62,364 nucleotides of DNA, taken from the IMG/VR virus record IMGVR_UViG_3300028831_000121, positions 1 to 62,364 of that record; one strand, 5' to 3'. Under the pieces are notes generated by a model. It was not told where the DNA came from, did no database searches, and saw only the letters and a list, made by a program, of their open reading frames with translations. Shown here piece by piece: positions 25,754 through 35,842 of this stretch; the stretch's first letter is position 1; each line of letters opens with the position of its first letter. Position numbers and translations under genes: made by a program. The stretch is from a virus.

Positions 25754-28700
25754 ATGCAGCAACTTAGTTCCGCGCTCACCGCTGCCCTTCTCGACATTGA
25801 TGCACGCGTAACCCCGCGCGTACTCGTAGACCTTTTTGAACTCTATGAATCCGACTACACACCTGGAGTTAATGGATTCGATCCCGATGACGCAATTGAA
25901 TCTTTCGCCGCTGAGACTCTTACATGGAATGGGAACGCTTATCGCCGGGAACTCATCTCTCGTGGTGACATCACTAGAAACTTCGGAGAAAAGACCAACA
26001 CAGTAACTCTCACGTTCTCGAACATCAGTCGCTACATGGCTACATTGGCCCAAAGCCAGGCCATTGAAGGTTTATTCTTAGTCATCCGTTGTATAGTTCC
26101 GTCAGTTACCGATGATTCAGTTGTTCTCTTCGTTGGCCGTTGTGATAAGCCAAGCGATATTGATAAGAAGTCTTTTACTCTCACGGCAAGACAGGACTTC
26201 GGAAACATCAATCAGGAGATTCCACCTCGTATTTTTGCCGCTGAAGATCCAAACGGCAGAGTGCCTGACGATCCTTTATATGAAGGCTTTCGTCTGACTT
26301 CAGCGGGTGGAACTTTTCCATTACCTGTAACCACTCCATCCACAAGTTTCTTTGGTCGTCTATTCGGAAAGCAAAAACATTCAACTGAGACTCGGCAATG
26401 GTCAATGTGGGACAACACCGCATTTGGCTCGACTGTGCCGATGGTCTTTGGCCGCTGTCAGATGGAGTTAATCCCAATTCTCTTTACTGACGCGGGTTAT
26501 AACGATTTTGGCGTCTGGGTGATCGGTGAAGGGCGAATAGACGGGTTCACCGATGTGAAAATCCGTGATGATCGCTTTCTCTTACAAACTCAGGATGTTC
26601 ACTTAGGCGATCTCGGTGGGACGGGTACTAACGCCACAAACATGTCCAGCCCAACCGGGCCAATAACTCAAGGCTATCTAAGTCGCACTGCCTACACGAT
26701 CATTTCTTTCTACGGTTCAGCAGGAGACGTAGTTGACGATCCACCAGTAGTCACCGCCCTGGTCAGAGGAATGCAGGCATCCCTTCCCGATGGTACCGGA
26801 GTTTTTGTAGTTACTGGATGGACTGATAACCCTGCTCATATAGCGAGATTCATTCTTACCGATTCGAGATTAGTGAACATCGATCCAGGCTTTATGGAGG
26901 ACTCAGTAAATTATCTTACTGGCCTTCATTGCGATGAGCCATTGATCGATGAGTCGAATAGTGAATTGACGTTAATTCCGAGTCCTGACATGCCTCAGAC
27001 TGGATTAACAATTCACAGGTATCCATCAACGGGAATTATTAACGCGAGACGAATCCGGTTTTACGATCTGGGTTTAGATCCTTTAATCATCCCTGAAGAG
27101 CAGGAAGTTGATTACACCTCTTACGATATTGGGGACATACCTACTACCTTTGCAATCGTTCCAGTTCTCAGAAAACGCTATACGTTTAACGCTCCCTTAA
27201 CGGATAAAGTTCGAGCGGTAGACTTTCTTTACAAGACAGTCTTCCCAACCTTCAAAGGCTTTTTACGAATAAACAAAAGAGGTAAGTATGAGATTCGCAG
27301 CGAGCGATCTTCGGATTCAACAATGCTCCGAAGTGCTTCTGCGGTCGGTGCCACGTCAGTAGCCATTCTTGACGTGCTCCCCTGGAAGTCTGGGCCTGAA
27401 CTTCTGACCGGGCGGATACTGTTAGGGTTTGGGCTTACGACTTCCGAGGTTCGCAATGTAACAAGCGCAGACTATTCCACTGCCGGCAACTCTGTAACTC
27501 TTTCCGCTTCCGTTACGGGTGGAGTGACGGCCACTGCGTCGGGGGCTAATTTATCAGGCGGATCGACTACGGTTCAAGCCTCAGGAACAGTAACGATTGG
27601 CGGAACCCCGGCGGCGGGAAATACAGCCACAATCACCGTTAATGGGATTGCTTCAGTTCACATTGTTGAGAGTGACGATACGACTGCGACCGTGGCAAGT
27701 CTTTTAGCTGCTCGAATCAACGCCACTCCGAAACTTAATAGATACATTCAGGCGATATGGAGTTCTGCTTCTCCGAATGTAGTCACTATAAAGTCTAAGC
27801 AAGGCGCTCTGAACCTTGATTCTGCGCTATTAAAGGCCCACAGCGGCCCGATAGCCGATCCCACTACCACACCCTCGCTTTCTTCGTCTGCGGGCGCTCT
27901 GGCCGCAGGGGATTACAAGGTAGCCTATGCTGACGTGGTGTTATTGCAGGCTTCGCCGCCCGTCTACGGACAAACCGCATTAAGTCCGGTGGCCCCGATT
28001 ACTTTAGCCGCCAGCAAGAAAATTGATGTAGGAGCAATTGCTTTAGCTGGCACGTCTCGTAACTGGTACATGTCCGATGCTCCGTACTCCCCTTACCTGA
28101 AATATGTCGCCAATACAAACGGCTCGGCATTCTCAATCAATGCCCTTCCTTTACCTGGGGCGGCGATTGCAAAAGCCTACAACACCACCGGGGAAGAACT
28201 CATTAGGATCGCAATGTCGTTTGCGACCAACTCCCAGGATATTTACCCAGTCTGGAAACCCAGCACTACTGTTTTAAGCGCAGAGATTCGCCTTCCAACC
28301 GTGCCGAATGGACATAAGTATTCACCATCTTCAGGAACTACGGGAACGACCGAACCAACCTGGCCCACTACCGCAGGAGGTACGGTGGTTGACGGTACTG
28401 TTACCTGGACTGAGGCCGGATCAACAGTTCTCAAACAAGCCGGATTGACTCGGGCAAACATCAAGAAAGACACTTTCAAGTGGCCGAAAGGTTCTACCCA
28501 AGCCTCAGTCAATCAGATCAAAGGCAAGTATCGAGATTCAAATAATGATTTTGCGTTGACTCCGTTTACTGTCAATGATCGCGCACATCAATTACAGGTT
28601 AAGAAGAAATATCCGTATGAAGTCGATCTTTCAGGGGTAGATAACTCACATCAAAAAGATCGTATTGCCAACTTTCTTTTGGCTAAGTTCCGTGAGGGTG

Positions 28701-30424
28701 ACTGGTTTGACTCTTTAGAGACCGGCCCACAGGGAATGGTGTTAGAGGAAGGCGATGTAATTTGCGCTTCAGATGATTCAGGTGGGTTGATAAATGTCGT
28801 TACCCGAATTGAAGAACTAAGAATCCATCCAAGCCATGACGTTTCGATTGCCCAGGCAAGAAAGTATTCCACTCTGATGTTTGCCGACGAGGTAGGGCAG
28901 GACACTATTCCTGTTCCCTCAACTCTCAGGTTTACGCAGACAGTTGATTCGCTAATTGAGTTTATTGACAACTTCCCGATCCGAGATGCAGACGGGTTAA
29001 CACCCGGATTCTACGTTGCTGTCAGTCGTGATTTAGCAGATATAGGCGACTGGCGCGGCTGGATACTGTACGCAGATTATGGTGATGGTTATGTTGAGAT
29101 TGCCCGTGGTGATGTTCCCGCGATCATGGGCACGGCCACAACTACGTTAGCAAGTGTTAGCGATCCATCCGTGTTTGATCGAGTGAACTCTGTCACCTTT
29201 ACCTTGAAGTTTGGGCCACCCGCTCCGTTTCCCAATCCATTTGTGAGCGTTACCGAAGCGGAGTTATTGGCAAACCCGCGTCGTAATCTTTTCTTATATG
29301 GCGATGAATACATTCAAGCGGCCACGATAGTTGATAACGGCGATCAGTCGTACACGATTAGCGATTTACTGAGGGGAAGGTTCGGGACTGACACGCTCGA
29401 ATTAACACATGGAGCAAGTGAGCGGGTTGTGTTTCTTGATGGCTCGGAAACCTTTGTTCCGATTGATCCAGTTCGTCTGAATACCGAATACAACTACAAA
29501 GCAGTCACAACTAATCAAGATGTAGCTGACGCTACTGCAACTCCCTTTACTTGGCATGGCGGTACTGTAAGACCCCTCTCACCCGTTAACCTTAGAGGCA
29601 GGCGGGACGCGGCAGGCAATCTCTTTATTGAGTGGACTAGACGTTCGCGCACGGCCCCAGGGCTACGGCCATATTCTGATGTGCCCTTGGCCGAAGAAAA
29701 CGAAGTGTATGAGATCGAAATTTACGATGGGGTTGACGTTATAAGAAGCTGGCGAGTGTCGGCGTCTCAGTCCCGCGCAATCGTATGGTCGAGTTTGTTA
29801 ACTAATCTAGGCACAGTCTCTCTCACGGGCGGAGATGGCGGCAGCCTGGATTACAACGATGTAAGTTTTGGCGGGAACGGATTAGCGTCAGCAGTTTCAG
29901 TGCAGCGCATCTCGCAGGATTTTCGATTGGATTTCGTGCTTCCTGGCGGCGCAAACGCACCGTTCGCTGTGGGCATTGCGCCGATGTTCGACGTGGGCGA
30001 TTACAACAGTATGCCCGCTGCGTCTGCCGCCTACTGGTTAGCGCAAAGTGCCTACCCAGAAACGCAAAGCGGTCTACTGGTTGCCCCGACAGCGGGAGAC
30101 AAATATTCCATTGAATTGCAAGGTGGAATTTTTCGGTACTACAAAAGCTATACAAGTGCGGCCACGCTGCCGATATACACTAGTGTCTTACAACAGCAAG
30201 GGTGGCCTTATGTCGTCTTTGCGTACTTCAACACGCCTGCCAACGGATTCACGGATCAAGGGTTAGCGTCAGCAACTCTATTCCGCGCTTTGATCGATAC
30301 GGAATACACAGCAGGGCAACAAAGCGCAGACGGGTTTACGCCTAACGTCTCGCCTATCACAGTTCGCGTTTATCAGGTGTCACAAGTAACAGGACGCGGC
30401 GCGTATCGAGAGGCAGTCTTATGA
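25754..30424 (+). CDS. Tail tip / host-specificity protein (gpL-like N-terminus fused to a gpJ-like body)
   Basis: 1556 aa. The N-terminus (VLVDLFELYE...TLTWNGNAYRRELISRGDI...TLTFSNISRYMATL...IEGLFLVIR) follows the lambda gpL pattern. The remainder is a large beta-rich body. Confidence 0.7.
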   Translation: MQQLSSALTAALLDIDARVTPRVLVDLFELYESDYTPGVNGFDPDDAIESFAAETLTWNGNAYRRELISRGDITRNFGEKTNTVTLTFSNISRYMATLAQSQAIEGLFLVIRCIVPSVTDDSVVLFVGRCDKPSDIDKKSFTLTARQDFGNINQEIPPRIFAAEDPNGRVPDDPLYEGFRLTSAGGTFPLPVTTPSTSFFGRLFGKQKHSTETRQWSMWDNTAFGSTVPMVFGRCQMELIPILFTDAGYNDFGVWVIGEGRIDGFTDVKIRDDRFLLQTQDVHLGDLGGTGTNATNMSSPTGPITQGYLSRTAYTIISFYGSAGDVVDDPPVVTALVRGMQASLPDGTGVFVVTGWTDNPAHIARFILTDSRLVNIDPGFMEDSVNYLTGLHCDEPLIDESNSELTLIPSPDMPQTGLTIHRYPSTGIINARRIRFYDLGLDPLIIPEEQEVDYTSYDIGDIPTTFAIVPVLRKRYTFNAPLTDKVRAVDFLYKTVFPTFKGFLRINKRGKYEIRSERSSDSTMLRSASAVGATSVAILDVLPWKSGPELLTGRILLGFGLTTSEVRNVTSADYSTAGNSVTLSASVTGGVTATASGANLSGGSTTVQASGTVTIGGTPAAGNTATITVNGIASVHIVESDDTTATVASLLAARINATPKLNRYIQAIWSSASPNVVTIKSKQGALNLDSALLKAHSGPIADPTTTPSLSSSAGALAAGDYKVAYADVVLLQASPPVYGQTALSPVAPITLAASKKIDVGAIALAGTSRNWYMSDAPYSPYLKYVANTNGSAFSINALPLPGAAIAKAYNTTGEELIRIAMSFATNSQDIYPVWKPSTTVLSAEIRLPTVPNGHKYSPSSGTTGTTEPTWPTTAGGTVVDGTVTWTEAGSTVLKQAGLTRANIKKDTFKWPKGSTQASVNQIKGKYRDSNNDFALTPFTVNDRAHQLQVKKKYPYEVDLSGVDNSHQKDRIANFLLAKFREGDWFDSLETGPQGMVLEEGDVICASDDSGGLINVVTRIEELRIHPSHDVSIAQARKYSTLMFADEVGQDTIPVPSTLRFTQTVDSLIEFIDNFPIRDADGLTPGFYVAVSRDLADIGDWRGWILYADYGDGYVEIARGDVPAIMGTATTTLASVSDPSVFDRVNSVTFTLKFGPPAPFPNPFVSVTEAELLANPRRNLFLYGDEYIQAATIVDNGDQSYTISDLLRGRFGTDTLELTHGASERVVFLDGSETFVPIDPVRLNTEYNYKAVTTNQDVADATATPFTWHGGTVRPLSPVNLRGRRDAAGNLFIEWTRRSRTAPGLRPYSDVPLAEENEVYEIEIYDGVDVIRSWRVSASQSRAIVWSSLLTNLGTVSLTGGDGGSLDYNDVSFGGNGLASAVSVQRISQDFRLDFVLPGGANAPFAVGIAPMFDVGDYNSMPAASAAYWLAQSAYPETQSGLLVAPTAGDKYSIELQGGIFRYYKSYTSAATLPIYTSVLQQQGWPYVVFAYFNTPANGFTDQGLASATLFRALIDTEYTAGQQSADGFTPNVSPITVRVYQVSQVTGRGAYREAVL

Positions 30425-30601
30425 TCAACCGCACTGTTGCCACGTCTTACAATTGGGATCGGGAACAAAGCAGGTTAGTCCGCCTTCCCCGTCCGGCTCG
30501 CAGGTTGAAACCATTACGGGCGTATCTACTTGTTTTGCTTCAGGCGTTAAAGCGGAGCGGTCGTTAATGAAGATCGTGAGAAAGAGTAACGCGGATAACA
30601 T
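30425..30601 (-). CDS. Small secreted Cys-containing protein (moron)
   Basis: 58 aa from the internal ATG, preceded by AAAGGAG. Hydrophobic N-terminus MLSALLFLTIFI and 3 Cys. Confidence 0.45.
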   Translation of the reverse strand: MLSALLFLTIFINDRSALTPEAKQVDTPVMVSTCEPDGEGGLTCFVPDPNCKTWQQCG

Positions 30602-30628
30602 GAGAAACTCCTTTGAGGAAATACCAAT

Positions 30629-31165
30629 ATGCCAATCATAACTTACAATGGCGTCGATTATCCACTGCCGCCCGACGATGGAACCGGGAGTAAGGTTCCT
30701 TCTTACAACGAAACCATCCAAGCGATTCTTGCCGCACTCTTTGGTGGAACGTCTGCTACGTGGGTCTCATGGGCTCCAACGCTGACTAATATCACTATCG
30801 GCAATGGCACTGTGACTGCCAAGTACGCACGTGTCGGCAAGATCATATTCTGTCGCCTGAACATCGTATTTGGATCAACCACCTCGCTTAGTGGAGACGT
30901 AATCTTTACCTTACCCGTCACCCGCGCTACCTACGCTGGAACGGCAGGGGTTACTCCGCTTGGCGTAGCGGCAGCAAGGGACAACTCAGGAGACCTTGTA
31001 TATCAAGCAACGACTTGGACTTATTCAACTACCACTCAAGCTTTTGTACGCTTCATTCTTGCTAGCGGCACTTATGGAACTTCTGTTGCCGCATCAGCCA
31101 CTGTTCCGTTTACCTGGGCAACGGCTGATGAAATTAACACTCAATTCTTTTATGAAGCTGCGTAG
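30629..31165 (+). CDS. Tail fibre / receptor-binding protein
   Basis: 178 aa, beta-rich, last gene of the late operon. GKIIFCRLNIVFG...VIFTLPV is typical of distal fibre domains. Confidence 0.5.
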   Translation: MPIITYNGVDYPLPPDDGTGSKVPSYNETIQAILAALFGGTSATWVSWAPTLTNITIGNGTVTAKYARVGKIIFCRLNIVFGSTTSLSGDVIFTLPVTRATYAGTAGVTPLGVAAARDNSGDLVYQATTWTYSTTTQAFVRFILASGTYGTSVAASATVPFTWATADEINTQFFYEAA

Positions 31166-31198
31166 CCCTTCAACCATAAGGCTCACGCGCTTCGCGTG
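31163..31198 (-). repeat. Box2 + GAAG-loop hairpin module (minus orientation)
   Basis: The reverse complement reads CACGCGAAGCGCGTG...GGTTGAAGGGCTA. Box2 overlaps the TAG stop of 30629-31165. Confidence 0.6.
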
Positions 31199-31219
31199 GC
31201 CCCTTCTCAATACTTGATA

Positions 31220-31240
31220 GTGGGAGTAGTGGTTTTCATC
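31220..31240 (-). repeat. ATGAAAACC cassette copy
   Basis: Minus strand reads GATGAAAACCACTACTCCCAC. The mini-ORF MKTTTPTIKY runs 31239->31207. Confidence 0.7.
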
Positions 31241-31298
31241 TTCACTAAAAATAAGATTTTCAAGTTTTAATGTCGGCAAAAAGCGTCTAGGCTTTCCT

Positions 31299-31334
31299 CG
31301 GTTGTTATTCTGCAACCATCTTTAGTTGGATGCT
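31299..31334 (+). repeat. Bipartite element copy (box1 CGGTTGTTATTC ... box2 AGTTGGATGCT)
   Basis: Box2 overlaps the stop and last codons of 31322-31687 in antisense. Confidence 0.6.
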
Positions 31335-31687
31335 TCCGCTTCTTCGATCTCAATTTCATCCGGCCACTCGCGACAGTCGTATCCAGTTTCTTTTTCCAGC
31401 CAGACTTCGTATCGCTCCATGATTTCAGCTTGCGTTCGTTGGCAGATATAGCGATGCCAGCTATCCCAGCAAATAGAACGGAATCTTTCCTGCTCATGCT
31501 CAAGACGATCCCAAAGCAGCACCCAAAGTACACGCCACGGGCCACCGTAGATACGGATCAAAACAAAATGGCAGTTTGCCGCGACAAGAAAAGGTGGAAA
31601 CATCTCCGGTTTGCCCGCAACCTTCGTTAGCTCGGCGCAGCGGTTGAAGTACCATTCTCGGTTCGGCGGCTTTGTATTCGGAAGCAT
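31322..31687 (-). CDS. Hypothetical protein (last gene of the leftward operon)
   Basis: 121 aa with SD GGGAG. Trp/Cys-rich. Confidence 0.55.
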   Translation of the reverse strand: MLPNTKPPNREWYFNRCAELTKVAGKPEMFPPFLVAANCHFVLIRIYGGPWRVLWVLLWDRLEHEQERFRSICWDSWHRYICQRTQAEIMERYEVWLEKETGYDCREWPDEIEIEEAEASN

Positions 31688-31872
31688 TCAATCATCTCCC
31701 TGCGTTTCGCGGGCCAGGTTCTCAACAAGTAACGGAAGCTAGTATCTGTTTCCGCATCACCCCTGAATTTTTGAACTTTGATTCCGTAGCTCTGCTGCAA
31801 TACGGTCAACTAACGACCGCTCGAACTGTTCTGAGATCAATTCGATGTTGGCGTTCTCCATAGCAGAGTCGA

Positions 31873-32526
31873 TTATTCCCTGTGCCGCGCCTTGGCTTCT
31901 TCTTTACTTAGTTGGGCTGGTTGAGTAGCAAAGACTGATTCGATGATTGACGCCAGCCGTTTTAGTTCCCATCGTTTATCGCTACATCCTTCACAGGCAG
32001 CATCAGACTCAACGTATATTGAGCACGTGTGCTTTTTGATGTGGCCAGTTACACCGAAATTGTTATCAATCTTCTCTGCTGCTTCTCTCGCCAACTTCTT
32101 TACGTCCTGTTGTGGTTGAGAAACATCAGCGTCTGCCATTGCCTGTAATAGTGATGCAGGAACTATTTCTTTGAGTTGAGCAAGTGCGGGCGGATTCATG
32201 TGGCCGAGCGTCATGTACCACCGCCCGAAATCACGCAGAGCTTTAGCGGCTGGTTGGGGTTGAGTAGCAACGCGAAACGGTTTGTCGGAGTATTCAACTA
32301 CAACGCGCACATACTTACCGTTGAGCATTTCAAGGTCACGCTCTACGTTCGCTACGTTTGAGACGCCCGTTTCTGTCATCGCAACGCCCGTTAAGAACTC
32401 ATGGCCGCACACATCGGCATCGTGCTTCGTGCGCTGTAGTTTAAGTCTGCCTTCGAGTGCTACATAGGTTCGCTCAGGCGGTAGTAGCTCCTCTGCTGCT
32501 TGTGGCGATTCAACTGATTTAGTCAT
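31873..32526 (-). CDS. Hypothetical protein
   Basis: 217 aa from the ATG preceded by AAAGGAG. Confidence 0.6.
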   Translation of the reverse strand: MTKSVESPQAAEELLPPERTYVALEGRLKLQRTKHDADVCGHEFLTGVAMTETGVSNVANVERDLEMLNGKYVRVVVEYSDKPFRVATQPQPAAKALRDFGRWYMTLGHMNPPALAQLKEIVPASLLQAMADADVSQPQQDVKKLAREAAEKIDNNFGVTGHIKKHTCSIYVESDAACEGCSDKRWELKRLASIIESVFATQPAQLSKEEAKARHRE

Positions 32527-32530
32527 TTGC

Positions 32531-32782
32531 TTACTCCTTTGTTGGATAGCCTCGAAACGCATCTAGCAACGCTTCGTCCAGATCACTTCTGAACACCCTT
32601 TTTGTATCGATAGCGGCAAGTTTTCTACTTACCTGCTTGACGACATCCTTCTGCGTTGCCGCCCATCCAACCGCAGTACCAGAAGGACTATGAAATTCAT
32701 ACTCGAAGCCACGCGAGTCTTTGAAGATGGACACAACCACTACCAACTTTCCCTTCACTTCTTTTGATGATTCAGTAGTCAT
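32531..32782 (-). CDS. Hypothetical protein
   Basis: 83-aa ORF in the operon; its start overlaps the preceding gene's stop (ATGA). Confidence 0.5.
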   Translation of the reverse strand: MTTESSKEVKGKLVVVVSIFKDSRGFEYEFHSPSGTAVGWAATQKDVVKQVSRKLAAIDTKRVFRSDLDEALLDAFRGYPTKE

Positions 32783-33093
32783 TGCTTATCCTTACCTCGC
32801 TTAGCTGCTTCTAACGCCGCGATGATCTCGTGCATTTCTGCGAGCGCAGCGCATCCCTGCTTCGTGTCATAGACATCTGGCGGGTTGTCCACAAACTTGT
32901 CTTTGCATTCTCGCGCGATCGCAATCGCTTCATCCCACACCTTTGCCCGTTCTTCTGCTATGGCTGAGGTAACTTTGTCGGCGCGGACATATTCTTGTTG
33001 TGGCAAGTCTGGACGGTCTACCGTGCTGCATACCGCGGCGTAAGGTAGCGGCACCCACACTCGTTCTGGCGCATCGTTTTGTTTGGGAGTCAT
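32779..33093 (-). CDS. Hypothetical protein
   Basis: 104 aa with a 4-nt start/stop overlap. Confidence 0.5.
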   Translation of the reverse strand: MTPKQNDAPERVWVPLPYAAVCSTVDRPDLPQQEYVRADKVTSAIAEERAKVWDEAIAIARECKDKFVDNPPDVYDTKQGCAALAEMHEIIAALEAAKRGKDKQ

Positions 33094-33302
33094 AACTTTT
33101 CCTCTCTGCCGAGGTTGTGCCGTGCATACCTAGCTGCATCACCGGCTTGCGCGAGACTTCTATTACACAACTCCATAAGTGCCAGAGCGGACTTGTGGCT
33201 TCCATCTTCCGTCTCTCTCATAACCCGATGGTGGGCCAGTCGCGCCTTTTCAAGCACCTTTTTAATTGCGGTTTCAACTTCGGCTATATCGTCAACTAAC
33301 AT
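33090..33302 (-). CDS. Hypothetical protein
   Basis: 70 aa, helical, coupled. Confidence 0.45.
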   Translation of the reverse strand: MLVDDIAEVETAIKKVLEKARLAHHRVMRETEDGSHKSALALMELCNRSLAQAGDAARYARHNLGREEKL

Positions 33303-34555
33303 TACTGCTTCTCCTCTATAGAAACGGACGCGAGTTCAGCTAATAATTCATGCATTACCATGTTGAGCATTACAACCTGACTGTCCGTGTACTTTGTTTT
33401 AAGCCGTCGTTGAACTTCCCTGGTGGCCTCAATCATCGCGTCCTTCATTTTCTCCGCGTGTTCGTTGTGAAAAATAACGTGTGCCAGCTTTTCTACTTCT
33501 GCTTGCGCCTCAGATAGTTGGCGTTGGAGTGATTGAATGTATTCGTCAAACCCAACGTCTTCAGGGCAGACAGCCGCTTCGCGCTCCTCAACATCGCCAA
33601 TCCAGCTGTTTGCTTGTCTGAGGTCAAATAGTAATTGCTTATTCTCACTGCGTAGTTGGTCTATGAGTTCCAAAAGGTAGTCAATATCCATCAACATGCG
33701 ACCTTCTCGAAGTAACATATCGCGTGGCGTTCGAGCGGTAGGCCCATACTGAGACTCACGCCGTTCGCGTATCTCTTGTTCACGAGAAGATGGAGAAGGC
33801 TCAAAGGTATGTGATTTCTGAAACTCCGTGCTAATTGAATGGATGGGATCGTCTTTAGGGCTACCACATTTACAGACCGTCGCTCCCTTACGGTTAGGTG
33901 GCAGGTGATTTGAAATGATTGCAGCGGCATGCGCTAGCGACTCAGATTGAAACTTCAACCCGAAAGTTGACGAAATCTCTTTTGCTGCTGCTAATACAGA
34001 GTCAGAGTCAGGGAGATGCGGAACAGACCCCTCTGCCGTCACGTTGTTATTGTGGCTCGCTGCGCTCGACTCGGTTGCTTGAGTGCCAACGCTGTGAAGT
34101 ACGGCCACTTGATAATCCTGCAAGCCTCTTTTCGCCGCCGCTTCAAGTGCTTGCACAACAGTTTGAATGCCATGCTGATAGGCATCCATGTGTCCGTCTG
34201 AATGATGACCGCCGCCGTAGTCGTGGCAACCTCGCGCAATCTTCACGGCGTCCGCAAACGATAAGTTGTCGCCGCGCAGCGCGGTCTTGGGTTCTTGTGT
34301 GGGCGGTGCGGGGAGTACGTCTAATGGCAACCATCCAACGGGTGCCTCTGGATACCATATGGCGTTACCACCCTTTACCTCTTGGATCGTCACGTCGCCT
34401 GACGCGCTTAACAGCAGAACCCGCACACCTATCGGGCAGCTTTCAAAAGGTTGCCATTGGTCAGCACTCACCGCGACTGACTTTCCGATAACAACGTCAG
34501 GGAGTGTAGACGCAGTTTGCTTTGTCTCCACTGAATCTTCTGTTTCTGTTTTCAT
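33302..34555 (-). CDS. Hypothetical protein with DUF551-like N-terminal segment and coiled-coil C-terminus
   Basis: 417 aa from ATGAAAACAGAAAC. WQPFESCPIGVRVLLLSASGDV...WLPL resembles the DUF551 pattern. Confidence 0.55.
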   Translation of the reverse strand: MKTETEDSVETKQTASTLPDVVIGKSVAVSADQWQPFESCPIGVRVLLLSASGDVTIQEVKGGNAIWYPEAPVGWLPLDVLPAPPTQEPKTALRGDNLSFADAVKIARGCHDYGGGHHSDGHMDAYQHGIQTVVQALEAAAKRGLQDYQVAVLHSVGTQATESSAASHNNNVTAEGSVPHLPDSDSVLAAAKEISSTFGLKFQSESLAHAAAIISNHLPPNRKGATVCKCGSPKDDPIHSISTEFQKSHTFEPSPSSREQEIRERRESQYGPTARTPRDMLLREGRMLMDIDYLLELIDQLRSENKQLLFDLRQANSWIGDVEEREAAVCPEDVGFDEYIQSLQRQLSEAQAEVEKLAHVIFHNEHAEKMKDAMIEATREVQRRLKTKYTDSQVVMLNMVMHELLAELASVSIEEKQ

Positions 34556-34606
34556 AAGCACCTTCAAAGAATTATTTAGTTTCCAGACACGCTACGATTA
34601 ACGAAC

Positions 34607-34644
34607 GGTTGTTGATGGAAACCCACGCCCAGCTTGAGTGCTAA
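34607..34644 (+). repeat. Bipartite element copy (GGTTGTTGATGG ... CTTGAGTGCTA)
   Basis: Box2 ends 1 nt from the stop of 34645-34890 (antisense). Confidence 0.6.
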
Positions 34645-34890
34645 TCACAGGTATCGCCAATTCCATCGTCCTGTCTTGAGTTTGGTTTCGACTAACGCGC
34701 CTGCCTCGGAACGGAAGAAGCACGAATCGCAAACCTCAACCTCAAACCAGCCGGACGCGATCCGCATGTGCCCATTCTCTTGATGGATTCCGACCGCTCT
34801 TGTTGCCTCGTTGCGGCAGCGATAGGAGCGTGGCTGCCTCTTGGTTGTCGGCCTCTTTTCCGGCGTTCGCATTGCATTACAACGTCGCAT
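34645..34890 (-). CDS. Hypothetical Cys-containing protein
   Basis: 81 aa with SD GAAGGA. Preferred over the overlapping Arg-rich frame 34692-34934. Confidence 0.4.
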   Translation of the reverse strand: MRRCNAMRTPEKRPTTKRQPRSYRCRNEATRAVGIHQENGHMRIASGWFEVEVCDSCFFRSEAGALVETKLKTGRWNWRYL

Positions 34891-35001
34891 TGCTGTCCTT
34901 CCCTTTCCTTCAAATAAAAATCAAAAGTTACCATTCAGTGAAATGTAAATTCCGAACTCACAACATCCTTCTGGCGAACGGTCGTTGTCTCCGCGTCCCG
35001 C

Positions 35002-35205
35002 TCAGCTTCGTTGTGTGTCAGGCCCACATCGCGGACATATCAGCGGGCCTGCTTTGTGCCAACGAACCATGCGAGAGCCGCAGGCGCAACGCTTCACTTG
35101 CTCGACTTGATTAAGGTTTAAATAATCCACACCCGTACAGCATCCGGCCTTGCCGTGAGTGGGGCACAGATATTTTGTGTTCACGGATAGTTCTTGTTCG
35201 CTCAT
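35002..35205 (-). CDS. Zinc-ribbon protein
   Basis: 67 aa. Contains CPTHGKAGCC...CACG...CPRCG. Confidence 0.5.
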   Translation of the reverse strand: MSEQELSVNTKYLCPTHGKAGCCTGVDYLNLNQVEQVKRCACGSRMVRWHKAGPLICPRCGPDTQRS

Positions 35206-35360
35206 AATTTTTTCTCCAGCCGTGCGTGATTAGCTTCTACGATTTGCACCCATTCCGCTTCCGTAAAACCGCGCGGTTCGCCATCGAGGGCCGGATAGAC
35301 CAGCGCGGGACGCGGGGATAACTCACGTTCATCAGAGGGGTTCTTTGCTTCATCTACCAC
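35202..35360 (-). CDS. Hypothetical 52-aa protein
   Basis: GTG start after AGGGAG. Its stop overlaps the next ATG (ATGA). Confidence 0.3.
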   Translation of the reverse strand: MVDEAKNPSDERELSPRPALVYPALDGEPRGFTEAEWVQIVEANHARLEKKL

Positions 35361-35404
35361 TTTATTTTTCTCCCTTGCGCGGACTAGAGTTGAAAATACT
35401 TTTT

Positions 35405-35470
35405 CAGGTTAAGACGCCGGACTAGGGCTTTCCTCGTTTGTTATTTTGCAATCATCCTCACGTTGAATGA
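35405..35470 (+). repeat. Bipartite element copy with CAGGTTAAGACGCCGGAC extension
   Basis: Near-identical left part to 59164-59238. Box2 (CGTTGAATGA) abuts the stop at 35471. Confidence 0.7.
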
Positions 35471-35842
35471 TTACGCGGCAGTAGATTCGCGCCTGTCGGC
35501 GGCGGCAAATGCCTCTTCCCATGTATCGCCCTGTCCCATGATCTCGTTGAAGAGCCCGCTGGCTCTGCCGACGCTGAACCGATAGTGGTGTGCGTCGCCT
35601 TCCGTGTTAGAAATCTGTTGGCGGCACTCACGCCTTTGCTTTAGCAGTTCTTGATACCAGTCAAGCTCTGCCAATCGACGCGCTACCTCTTCTTCAATCC
35701 GTTTGATCTCAGCGCGAGCGTTAAGCACGGCGTCGAGTGCTGTCTTGCGTTGCTCTGGCGATGAGAAGTGGCCGCTGTTGCGCACGTAGAAGGTCTTGCC
35801 CCATCGCTTCTTTGCTTTAGCCACCGCTTGTTGGTTTGTCAT
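35471..35842 (-). CDS. Hypothetical protein
   Basis: 123 aa, coiled-coil centre. Confidence 0.55.
   Translation of the reverse strand: MTNQQAVAKAKKRWGKTFYVRNSGHFSSPEQRKTALDAVLNARAEIKRIEEEVARRLAELDWYQELLKQRRECRQQISNTEGDAHHYRFSVGRASGLFNEIMGQGDTWEEAFAAADRRESTAA

Noticed and set aside
31627-31863. Small ORFs on both strands in the 185-nt gap between 31687 and 31873
   Set aside because: They overlap the well-supported start of 31322-31687, lack an RBS and have poor composition.
34692-34934. 80-aa minus-strand ORF overlapping 34645-34890 in another frame
   Set aside because: The product is Arg-rich and implausible. The alternative frame has an SD (GAAGGA), and its stop docks on a bipartite element like neighbouring genes.
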